From Candidatus Omnitrophota bacterium (GTDB taxonomy: Bacteria > Omnitrophota > Gorgyraeia > 2-01-FULL-45-10), in assembly GCA_026387175.1 (NCBI GenBank), contig JAPLME010000010.1, forward strand, positions 62,096 to 126,095: a stretch of 64,000 nucleotides of DNA, read 5' to 3'. Of this stretch, positions 39,001-51,000 are shown one piece after another. The position numbers were made by a program, and so were the translations under genes. The notes under the pieces were generated by a model. It searched no databases. It was not told the origin of the DNA and saw only the letters and a program-made list of their open reading frames with translations. How positions within the stretch are numbered: position 1 is the first letter of the stretch; every line of letters starts with the position of its first letter.

Positions 39001-42000
39001 ATGCTTAAAGAGAACCACTGTCTCGACGCGGTAGAAAATATGATGGAAGCGTCGATGAAATTCACCGATGACTCAAGTAAATGCCGTGTTGTCGCGGCGG
39101 CCTCATTAATGCTCGAGGGAGCCATCAATAACGTACAGTCGTTCGACAGGTCAAAGATCGAAGCGTTTGCCGCGACGTTCAAGGAGATATTAAAGAGCTA
39201 TATGCTGACCGTCGGCGGCGCCTCTGACACTGCGGTCAAAGAAGCGGACGCGTTCCTGAATGCCGTATTCGGGCCTACTATAGATCTGGACATACTCAAG
39301 AACGGCTTAGAGAAGATGAACAAAATCCTGACGCCGCTTCTCAAGACGACCACCGCTCTCGACATGATGATAGGCCAGTCTAATTATACGGTAGCCCTGA
39401 CTTACGCGCTTGGCGGCCGTGATGGAATGGAGCTTATGGTAACCGCCAGTTTAAGCGTGCTGCCGGCCGCTTTCCGTGACGCGAGAGGTATCATCGATAC
39501 CTTTAAGGTCGACCAGGTCTCAGACCTCCTTAAATTAAGCCCAGTCGATAAGTCGGCATTAAACGGCTCCCTCGCTGGGAAGGATATTGGGCCCGTAATC
39601 TTTACAACGACGAATGGCACCGATTTTACGCTGGGCGCGCTTACTCCTACCACTGGAGCGGCACCTGCAGCTACCGCCGCCGCTGTCGAAGCTGCTAAGG
39701 CATCCGCCATTTCAAAAGATAACGCCCCCGCCGCATTGGGCCTGTCCGAAAATCGTTTATCTGCGGATGCCAGCAGAGAACTGATGTCTTACGTTTCTGA
39801 TGGTATGAGGAAGGCCGCTGGTCTCACAGGCTCAGAGGATATTTACTTTGTTGCCCGTACATCGGGAGGTAAGACAGACTATGTTGCATATAAGGAGGGA
39901 GACAGTAACTCGCCCTTTACCCTATCGAGAAACGGGGAGGGTGTGTGGTATCTCTCTCATTACGGCGATAATTATTTCTATGGCGGCACATATAAGACCT
40001 CATCCGAGATCAAAGAGATCGGCGAGAAACGCGGGATGATAAATTGTTCCTTCGATCTGACCACCGGCACGCTAAGCGGCCAGCTTCTCAAAGACGGTGT
40101 TACGCATGATGTGAAGATGTTCCTGAGCGGATGGCTCATGGCAGTGGACGGGAAAGCGATAGAGACGATTTCCAACTACAAACTGAACGTCAAGAATGCC
40201 GCCGGTGATACCGTTTCAATGGCCGGCAAAATGGAAGTATGGGGCTATGATGCTAGTGACACTCCGTTTGGCAGGTTCAGCCCATCCGAAGCGATAACTA
40301 TACCATGGGTACAGGAGATACTGTCCAGCGCGAGAAGCGCGGCGGATGCAGTGAAGACGGCCTCAGGTTCTGGAATGCCGGCGCTTCCCCCAGAGCTTAA
40401 GAACATTGGCCTGACCGTAAGCACCGGCGCGGACGGTGTGAATTACATCGAGATGACATCCCAGAGCGCTCTCGTAGTGGTGGGTGGTCAGCTTATGCCG
40501 TTTGCCAACCCGCAGGATGTAGCCATTAAAGCCGGATATACGGAGAAGGACGCTTACGGCAAAACGATCATGGTTTATAGTACGGATGCGATTGTAACAG
40601 GTATCGATGCCCAGGGTAACAGAATGTACGCGTCGGAGTGCTTCTATGAAAAGGAAGTCGCCGGAACGATGGTGCAGTATGTGTACGTTAAGGACATGGT
40701 AGTGACGGAGACCGGCGAGAAGGTGACAGGAGAGTTCTGCCTTGCCGGACAAAGGATAACCCGGGACTGTGCATTCTTCGGCGTTCCAGGCACCTATAAA
40801 TTTAACTTTATATCAGGCAGTGATTTTGAATTTGAAATTAACGGAAGAACGGTGAAGGCCGGCGGCTTCGAACTCGATCACGCTGTCGGACAGAAGATAT
40901 CGATTCCGGGCGCGACTTTAGAAGTAGTCGAAAACGATAACGGTGTTAAGAATATCAAGGTCTATTATACAAATGCGATATCCGCCTCGACATCTACCAG
41001 GGTGGGAGAGCTTACTATCGGACCCCGATCGCTTATCTTCGATGCCGCGAGCCTCGCCGCGGGAGGCCCTAGGGTGATCGCGTACCTTGTTGACGATGTC
41101 GCGATACAGGGCTCGACGCTGCGCGAATGCGTGCTGAAGAATGGCGCCCAGTTGGCGATTGGCATGGACGGGTCCTTCGTAATACAGCAGGGCACGATCG
41201 TCTCGGGATGCGTGGAACGCTTAAATATTAATGGTATGCAGGTCGCCCCAGGCCAGCAGAAGGCCGGAGAGTCGGGCGGAGCCGCTCCAGAACCGGTCAG
41301 GCTCGGTCACGACGCGGAAGGTACGCACATTCTCTTCAAATCCATCTCGGTAGTAAACGGTGATTTCGCGCTTTCATTAGGGCAGGAGATGGTCATTGAC
41401 AGCAGCTTTACGTCCGCTCCCGCGGGTACCACATTCGCTCTCGGTAAAGCTATCCTCACCGCGACCGGTAATAACTGCATCCTTAGCGGCACAGACGGCG
41501 TTACGCAGTTCACTGGACAGCGCATTGATATAGTGAGGAATGATAATGGACAGATAGCATGGGGAATACCAGGCCTCGCGGATTATCTGGCCGGTAGCGA
41601 CGTGAAGATGAGGGATATCTATAAGATGACTCTTAGGGGGGAGTCTATCGGATATGTGGCGACGGTCGAGACGGAAGGGGGGACGGCAAGAGTCAGCTTT
41701 AAGAGTATAGATGAGCTTAGAGCGGCCGCAGCGAATTTCGTGGATAATATGGAGAGGCGCGAGGTCACCCTGACAGATATCCATAATACTCTTAACGGAG
41801 AGAGGAATATCCCCGTTTCGAAATCCGATCTCTTGAGCCTGATGTGGCGCTACAGCGCGGCGAAAGGCAATGCCTTCGACGACTTTATTGACAGGATTGA
41901 AAGCGGCGAGATGAACCGCGCTATCGTAGACGGTATTATCAATTCGGGTGCCGGTCTAGAGAATCCGATCAAATATTCCATCCTCGAAGCCCTTACCATA

Positions 42001-45000
42001 GCGGGAGGACTCGACAAGAAGGTCTTTAATGCTCTCAAAAACAGGATAGAGAGCGCCGACGTAACCACTCAAGATATAGACGGAATACAAAATGGCGCCG
42101 CAGCCATTAACAAGAAGTTATCTGAAAAAGATCAGATTAAGCTCACGGATAAGGAGATACACATCGCGCTGATAACGATGAATGATAAAGAGCTTGCGGA
42201 TATCAGGAATAATATAGGTAATCCGGACATAAACGCCAAGAATATAACCGACACGATCAAAATGATCGATGCTGCGGTAGGAGAAAAGTTCAGCAGTACC
42301 CAGGTCTTCATGATGCTGATGAGGATGAGCGAGACAAAGCTCGATAACTTCATATCGCACATAGGTGATGCGAGGATAAACGCCGAAAATGTAAATGCTT
42401 TGGTTGACAAAGCTCAATCCGCCGCAGGAGTTGATCTTTCTAAGATGCAGGCCTTCATGATGCTGATGACTCTGGACGATAAGAAGCTCGATAACTTCAT
42501 CGCGAACCTGGACAACAAAGCCATAAATAGCGGCAGTATAGGCCTTGTGGTAAAGATGAGCGGGATTATGGGCAAGGGGATATCCAGAGAACAGGCCTTC
42601 TTCATGCTGATGTCGATGAGCCCATCTGCGGTGGGGAGTTATCTCGCTGGGATGAGGGAAAAATATGAGTTCTTGACGAATAACCAGGAAAAGATACAAA
42701 ACTACCAGAAAGCTCTTACTGAAGTAACTGGCAAAAAAGCTACACTGGCCCAGGCAATGCAATACGCTATTAGGGCTGGAGAGAATCCGCGGGACACTGC
42801 ACTTTCAAAATACGGCACTTTAGAAATGATCGGCCAAAAACTTCTTGATCAAGATAAGCTTGAAACAGCCATAACTACGGCGCTTAGTTCCTCATTGATG
42901 TTGGATCCGACGGCCCAGCTTGTGGCTGCGCTGACGGATACCTTAAGCAAAGAGTTAAAATCTCCCGCGCTTGAGCCCGGAGTGGAAAAGGCGTTATATA
43001 CTCTTCGAGCAATGAGGCTAGATGAATATGCCCTTCAGGCAAACGAATCCAATAAGGCACAAACATTATTACCAGGTACGAGAGCGGATGCGGCGCTTCA
43101 GTGGTCGGCGGCTGACGGGAAGTCATTTAATCTTGGAGGAGATGATTTTGGAGCTTTGGTTGATTCGCTCAAATATGTCGGCCAGGTAATACAGCTTGAC
43201 GCCGTAGCATACAAATTCTCAGCAGAGATCCAAACATGCCTGGTGCAGAAATTCGGGACCGACATCAAAAATATTGTATCAGGGATCTCTATTGCTGCTG
43301 TGATGCGAAGTTCCGAGGTGTCTGATGAAAAGATCATCGCCGCGTTTTCCGACCAGGCAGTTCAGGCAGTGCTCTATGGTAGATCCGCCGAGATGAGCAT
43401 AGTGACGGATGCGACCGGTACTTACCTGAAAGCCGTGCTCGATTGTTCAGCGAAGCCGATTACGTCAATGGTGAACGGCAAAGAGCTCCTATTCTCGAGC
43501 ATGCTGAGCCCTGACGGGATGACTTCTACGCCATTCTTATCGTTGCGGCTCCTTGGGAACGGCAGCTGGCAGACGCTCAATAGCATGGCCGCCGTTACTA
43601 ATGAAGCGCTTAATTCGGCTGATAAATCGACAGGCATATATACCCTTAATAAAAATGCTGTTATCCGTCTCAATGCCGATGGTGGCATGAATATCGCGAA
43701 TGGCGTGCTTACCCTCGAAGGCAGCGCATATATAAATGCGTCTGTCGAAATGGGTGGTATTGCAGTGGCGAAAGGTCTCCCCGGTAAAGGCGGGGCTGGT
43801 GAAGTGCAGACGATCCATGTTACCGGTGATGGTATTCTATATAATGGCACTATCACTATTTCCGATGACAGGGCGGTGATAACCGAGAAACAGGTCTTTC
43901 TGTTAGACAGCGGCGCTTCCCTTACCGTTCATAATGGTGACATCACAAAAGAATATAAAGTCGATATCTGTATGGTCAATGGCGATTTGCAGCGTTTAGA
44001 CTGGGCGGTTCATGGTGTGACCGCTAAACAGGAGATAGCAAAATTCCTAAACAATCTCCTTGCTGGCGCTCTCGAGATAAGGATGGGCACAGATGCTATA
44101 CGTAGCGGCCTGGGAGATAATGCACCCATAGATTCAAAAGCCATTGAAGCTCTCGCAAAAGGAATCGCGAATAATGATATCGGATACAAGGAGGCATTGG
44201 AAAAGATTTCCGAATGGGGCAAGGTCTTCAAGGTAACGGAATTTGGTACTGCCGCCGATGGCTTCGCGGGTTTAGTCACGGATAGCGGCGCAAGCTACGA
44301 TCTTGTCAAAGAATTTAATGCCAGATGCGTCGATATATCGGCTATGTTCGGGGTAAAAAATGCGGAGACCCTAAGAACGGATATGAGAAAGATGCTTGTT
44401 GAAGGAATCGCTTTGGCGGAAAAAGCCGTGGCCGCAGAAAAGTATAAACCTCTCTCTACCGATGATTCTGAAAGATCCCTGACGACTTATCGAGGCGCTC
44501 TTGCAAGACTTGATAGTGGTGCGCCGTTATCAGAAGTGATGGATATAGTGCGCTATGTCTATCATTCTTCGCTATTCGGCGGAGTAAGCCGGGTAAGCGT
44601 CGAAGATGAGCTTGGTATCGCAAAAGTGGGTATGAGTACGGATGGAGTTCTCGATATGGCAAGGAGTTATGAAAGAGCTATGATCGGTGGTGACCTTGTT
44701 GGGGCTTTTGCCATCCTGTCGAGCGAAAAATACAATGCGGCAGTGCAGGCGGTAACGCTATTGGGTGATGAGATAGGTCAGGATACTGCGCGCCGTATCG
44801 CTTTCGGGGACGATAAGAGTGCCAAGATGCCCACGATAGATCAGCTTACGAATGCGATCATGTTAGGCGGAGAGAATGCCCTTCTCGCGAAAACAAAGGT
44901 GGAGGAGATAAGAAGTAATAATGAGCTCTGGGCAGAGTCGAGATCCACGTGGTGGTATCAGGCATCGAGCGCCCTGATGGGCAAGCAATATGAAAAAGCG

Positions 45001-48000
45001 GATAGCTGGGATATCGCGAAGGGTGCGGCGAAAGGAAGCCTGGCTATAATTGCTGCTACGACCATTTTGGTCCTTTCAGGCGGTACTGCTAGCGTTGCGC
45101 TTGGGACGTTTGGTAATTTCATGCTGGGTGCGGCTTATGTAGGCGCTGGGGCCATGGCACTGAACCTTGGCGCATATACTGCATACGGGATGATTACGGG
45201 GCGTGATCTTTATACAGGACAGCAGGCTTCAGCGTGGGGCGCGATCGGCGGAGCCATTGGTGGTCTTGGCGAGGGATTTGCATTTGCTCTCGCGTTCCAA
45301 GGCGCTGGTGCGCTTCTGGGCAATTTCAGCAAAATCGCATCAGCTGCTGAAACTGGATGGAAAGCATATGCTGTGCAGGGAGTTACCTCCGGCTTGATGG
45401 GTGGCGTTATTAACGTCGGAAGAGAATGGCTTACTAGTGGAAATGACTACTCAATATTCAGTAAGGAAGCGGCTCGAGACTTTGCCATAGGATTCGGGTT
45501 AGGCGCGATCGGTGGATACCTCGGAGCTTGGGGCGTTAATTTCGTGAACTTAGGAGGGGCTGCCCATACAACTATCCAGACGTTGGTTACAGTGGTTAGT
45601 ATGGGCATTGTAAGTGCCATAGGTGGTCTTATCAATAGAGCTTACTTCGGAAGCCAGGGCTGGAAGAGCGGCCTCGGTAACTGGAATACCTTATTAGATT
45701 TTGGCTTTGGGGCGAGTATCGCCGCTGGATTAAAGCTTGCCAGTGCAGGGCCAGCAGGCGCTTCAAGATTTATAAATTTTGCCGGAGTTAATGGCGGTTT
45801 CTGGGGAAGCATGAATGGCGCTATCGCAAGGACGCTTATGGTGACCACATCCTCGATTGCGATAAGCATTTTCCACTACCGTGACAAGATTTGGGTAGGT
45901 GAAGATAACGTTTTCAACTCCTCCAACTTCCTGCTTGCGGCAGCGAATGGCCTTATTACGGGCCTATTCATCTCATATATCTTAAGTCCGCGCGGCATTG
46001 GCCATTTGGCAGGCAAGGAAATCGGTGGTGTTAAAGATGGCGTGGCCCAGAAGATCATCAAAATTACAGATACTACCAGCGCAAATATCACGTGGTGGCC
46101 TGGAAAGACACTACCCATTAATTTCCCTGGTGCAGGTCTTCTTGCGGAAGGCATCAGAGGCGCCATGGTATTCACATTTATTAGTCCAATGTTCTATACC
46201 TTTAATACGCTTGTGTGGAATCCATTGATCAAGGGTGAAAAGACGGGCTGGAGTTGGGAGCAGTTTGCGGCAAGCATACCGCAAGGATGGATCTCAGGGT
46301 TCTATCTACAGCCTCTGATCAGTATATTTACCATAGAGCTTACCCGTCCCGAAGGCTTTGGGCAAGTCTTTACGCAGAGTGGTCTTATAGGCAAGGCGAT
46401 GGCGATAGGAGAATATGCGGTATCATGGATGAGGGGAAAGGCATTTGCTGCTACCGAAGATACTCTATGGATGAGAGGTATTGCTGCTCTGGGCGGGCGT
46501 GTAGGTGCCGGTATAGTCGCGCTTGATCAGTATGCGTGGATATCCGGTTTTGTCACGGGAATAGATGCCGCGCTGGATCTTGTATCGGGTCAACGACTCA
46601 ATCCTCTCACCGGCAAGCCTGAGTCCACGGGACACATCGGTTTCTCGCTAGCCTCCAGAGAGATTCTCTCGTGGGCCGCGCTATTTATACTGCCGATGGT
46701 TAAATATACGGTAGAGGCACAAATAAATATCGCTCTCAGGAGCCTTGACAGGAGCGTGAAGGTTTCTTCCGCAGAGAAGGCAGAGTTCTACAGCTTTGTT
46801 GCCGGTATACGGGAACTGCAGGGAAAGGAGCAGGTGAAAATATTAGAAAGCCTTGCTAAATACGGAGAGACAACTTTCAAGGATCATGCAGGCAGGTTTG
46901 TTTCATATTATCTTAAAGAAGGCATGACTCCTCTTGCTACGAACGAGCTCATAAGGATGGGATATGGTGAAAGGAATTTTGAATTCCTGAGAGATCTCTG
47001 TTTGAGTGACGTGACTAAGCCTGACCAGAATATCAAAATCGAAGGTGTTGACATTAGTATCGATAAGTATATGTCCGGGATAGGGGACTCCCTCTTTATA
47101 ACAGCTATCGCGAATTCTGGTATTAATCTGAGAGATCTATGTCTATCGATCGATCCAGGTAAGATGGAGACGCTTGGTACTGTATTGGACAGGATGCAAG
47201 ACGTGCCGGCTGTTTCCGAAGCCCTCAAGGACGTTACGCTGAGAATGGATGCCCAGATGGCATTAGCAAAACTTGCGGGCCTCGAGACCGCATTTGCGGT
47301 AAACGCGCAACGCAGAGAGGAATATGTAATTAAGTATAATGAAGCGGTGCGTGAGTCAGGGTTAAAGCTGAGCGATGGTGAATTTACCAATGAGCAATTT
47401 GATGGTAGAGCTGTTGAGCAGAACCTTAGGGAGAGAATAAAGTTTGCCCAAGATGCTCAGGCGCGAGGAGAGAAAGTTGATGGGGCTGAGCTTATGAAGA
47501 TGAAAGATCTCCTGACAAGGCTGGATGTTATGAGAGGAGAATATGAGAATATAACCTTCGTTGTCATTGGCAAGGAGAATATTGCCAATTTCAGAGAAAA
47601 GAATATGATCGTCGAAGAAGCGTCGAGCGGTAAAGGCAATATGGACTATATACTCCTCGAAGGCGCTATCGAGAATCTTATCAGATTCAATCAGGATGAT
47701 ATCATGAAGCCGCAGAAGGAAGAGACGGAGACGAATAGAGGCTTTGCTAAAAATTGGGAGAATTTCACTATTCTGATTAAGGACGGACTCAAGGGTGGTT
47801 GGGGTAAGATGATGGAATATTTCACGGAAAAGAAGTTTACCGAGGCTAATGTTATCGAGGTCTTTGGCGGCAAGTTGTCAGGTGATTTCATCGAGCAAAA
47901 AGGTAGAGAGCTTACTGGTGGGCAATTGGTGAATGGAAAAATCGTTGGCGGGAAATCAGATGCCGATGTTAATGGTAAGAATGCTATAAAAGGTGATGCT

Positions 48001-51000
48001 GCGCGCATTATCATGAAGGATGCCCTTGGAAGGCTTCAACAGCAGATGGAGATACTGAGAAGCGCAGGTGACACCAAGTCAGAAAACTATAAGGACCTTA
48101 ATTGCATGACTAGAACGCTCAAAGAGTGGATTGAGTGCAGTGAAATTATGGGCGATGGATTTGCCTTACAGCCATCTCAGTTGGCATATACCTATCTTAT
48201 GGCTCGTTCAAAATTAGCTCAGATGGAAGGGAAGAATATAGGCCTTCCGACGTTTGTAGCAAGGGTCGGTGCAGGAAAGATGGACGGAAATATCATTGGT
48301 TGTTTTATCGCTCTGGGCATGTATAAAGAGGCGACCGGTAAGGGCGCGAAGATGGTAATCATTGTCGATGCATCCAGGACGGATCTTGTTAGTCAGAATA
48401 TTACAGTTGCTGACAGCATGAAACTTGTCCTAAAACTCGCTGGCAGGGGAAGCTACGAAGATCTTGCAGTATATAAGGTGGCTTCCAATGAAGGCGCAGG
48501 CGGCAATGTGCTGGCGCATCAGGCGACCTTAGGTAAGGATACTGCCGGGAAAGATGTGGTAATTATTTCGGAGGATGGCATAACTGATAAGAGCAAGATT
48601 TCTGAACAGGCTATGTTTTTCGCGACGACAAGGGATATCCAGGAACAGATTGCGCGAAGTAGAGATGGCCAGTCAAGCCTCATGACCGAAGGTTTTCTCG
48701 ATAGTCTGCATATAGATGAGATCCAGAATACGATTGCGGCAAATGACCTCATTAAGAGCGCGGGACACGATCTCTATAAGAGGTTGCAGGTGCTTTCGCC
48801 TGACCTTGCGGCCAAAATAGAGTATCGTTCGAAACTCATTGACAGTATGGTCAGATATGTCGCAGGAGTTCTCGATGTAGAAGGTGACTCGTGGGACGCG
48901 GATGTATTGAGACAGGCAGGGCTTATTGAAAGTGTCAAGGGTGCCGCCAGAAGGACATTTACACTCAATGAGGCCTTGACCGGGAAATTAGAGAATATGG
49001 TAAAAAGTGACTCACTATTCAGCGCATATATTAATGAAAAAGGTGAGCTCAGTTCAAGTTTCCATGATTTTATCAGAGAAGTGGTGACATCCTGTCTCAT
49101 GAATGACAGAGAATATTATAAAGACGATATGCGGCAGGCTTATGTGATGACTGATGGGGATAGTGGAATGCCTATGCCTAATACAATATTCGGTGATAAT
49201 CTTAGGGCTGCCTGCGTGGCGGCTAAACATGGCTGGGGGATTGAAAAGATAGCGGATTCATTGTTACAGCACTCTTACATGAATGTTTCGACCGCTGATG
49301 TGATAAAGGCGTTTGGTGCATGGAATACCACGGGAGGCACTGGTACTGCTGAAGGCACAAGAAAGACTATAGAGAATATCAATGATAAAGCGCCAGGCCA
49401 TCTTGCCAAAGCCACCACAGAGACGCCGCTCATCAATAATTACCATTTACTGAGAAATGGTGAGGATGCGACTAGAAATGAAGGAGCTGTCCAGGTAGGT
49501 GAGAGCATTAAACGAGGTACCGATGCAATAGCTATTACAAGTGAATCGAGGAACGTTTGCTATGACATGTATGGCCGCGTGAAAGACGCGTACAAAAATA
49601 TGCCTGTCTATATTCTGATCAGAGGAGAGACAGATGGCGGTCTTACTTGCAGAATGGCGGATGGTAGTTATATGACGTTCAATGATGCCGTTAAAGATAT
49701 AAAGACCAGATTTAATGACGGCGAAAAGATGGTCGTTATTATTCAGGGTCTCTCGACAGGAAGTAACATATTCGGGCTGAGGGAAGGGGTCTCGAGAAAA
49801 GCGGACGTTATAAAACTTGGGCTTACCAGTTACGACAACCTGCGCCAGATAAGCGGTAGAATTAACGATGAAGGCGGAAAGCGTGCCCAAGGAGGGAATT
49901 TCATCCAGATAGTGAATATGTTTGACAGAGATATTAAGGATTCCGAAAAAGCGCTTTTGAGCGATCTCGCCGAAAGCAAGGACCCCGTTGACCAGGAATA
50001 CCTTAAGCTAGCCATTATAGCTATCCAGTCGGAAATTAACATGGAGATCGATGAGAGCAGGCTACAGCAGTTCATGGAGAAGTCTGGTAATTCGCGGGCA
50101 AATATAGCTGAGAAGATGGCTGATATCAGGAGGAGCTCGGAAGGAATGCTGACATTGCAGGATGTGGTATCGAAGAGCATACCGGTCACAGTGGCCGGTA
50201 TAGGAATGATCCAGGGCATATCTCCAAGCGGTAGTAATGCATTGACAAATATGATGGTCGATATGACAGAGTCGGGAGGTGTAGATCTGGTCTTCAGGAA
50301 CAGGAACATAAACGGCGCTTACGATGATATTGTCATCGATGCGGTAACCGGCAAGGTTGATTCGAATACGCGGCTTACTTATGATGGTGCGGTCTTTGTG
50401 AAGAACGTGATTGCCGCCAATAATCTCTTAAGTGCCGCCGCGGATGCCCGTCAAGCGATTGCATTTGCCCTAAAGGATGCGGGGGTAATGACAGATGGTA
50501 TTACGACAGCTTTGGGTAATTATATAGAAGTAGAAAAAGGCGGTTCCACTGGTGTTAATATAGATGCAACGTTAGGGCTTGTAAAGGAACTGCGTACAAA
50601 TGGAATCTATGACGGCATTATGCCCATCAGCGTTCTGATAAATAACCTGGTTGCAATCGGAAACTTCTGGGGCGGTATCAAAGCTATTTCTAACACAGGG
50701 CATACTATGACGAAGGATGAGATAACTTCGATGGTAAAATCTAGTGATATCAGGCAATCTTTTGTGGATTATTGTGGGCGGATCGGTATAGAGACAGTAT
50801 TGATTAATGTCCTTAAGAATAATATAAAGGCAGAGAGAAATTTGCGTTTTATTGAAGAAAATTTGGCGACCGCTATCAAAATTTACGGACCGCAATCGCG
50901 CGAGGTCAAGAGCTTGCAGACCCAGGTTGAAAAAGCCCAGAGTAGCCTTAACATGTACACGATCTCGGTCAGGGAGTTCTTAAAGAATCAGGATCAATAC

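Noticed and set aside
35943-39182. Long antisense ORFs (509 aa at 35943-37472, 398 aa at 37986-39182; also 23422-24423 and 53781-54848)
   Set aside because: They lie opposite the giant CDS, have Ser/Leu/Ile/Ala-skewed shadow composition and show no motifs. They are expected by-products of a long stop-free, codon-biased sense frame.
48160-50080. Housekeeping secA fused by misassembly
   Set aside because: The motifs are far too degenerate for a housekeeping SecA, the N-terminal and wing/scaffold regions are not recognisable, and the frame is continuous on both sides.
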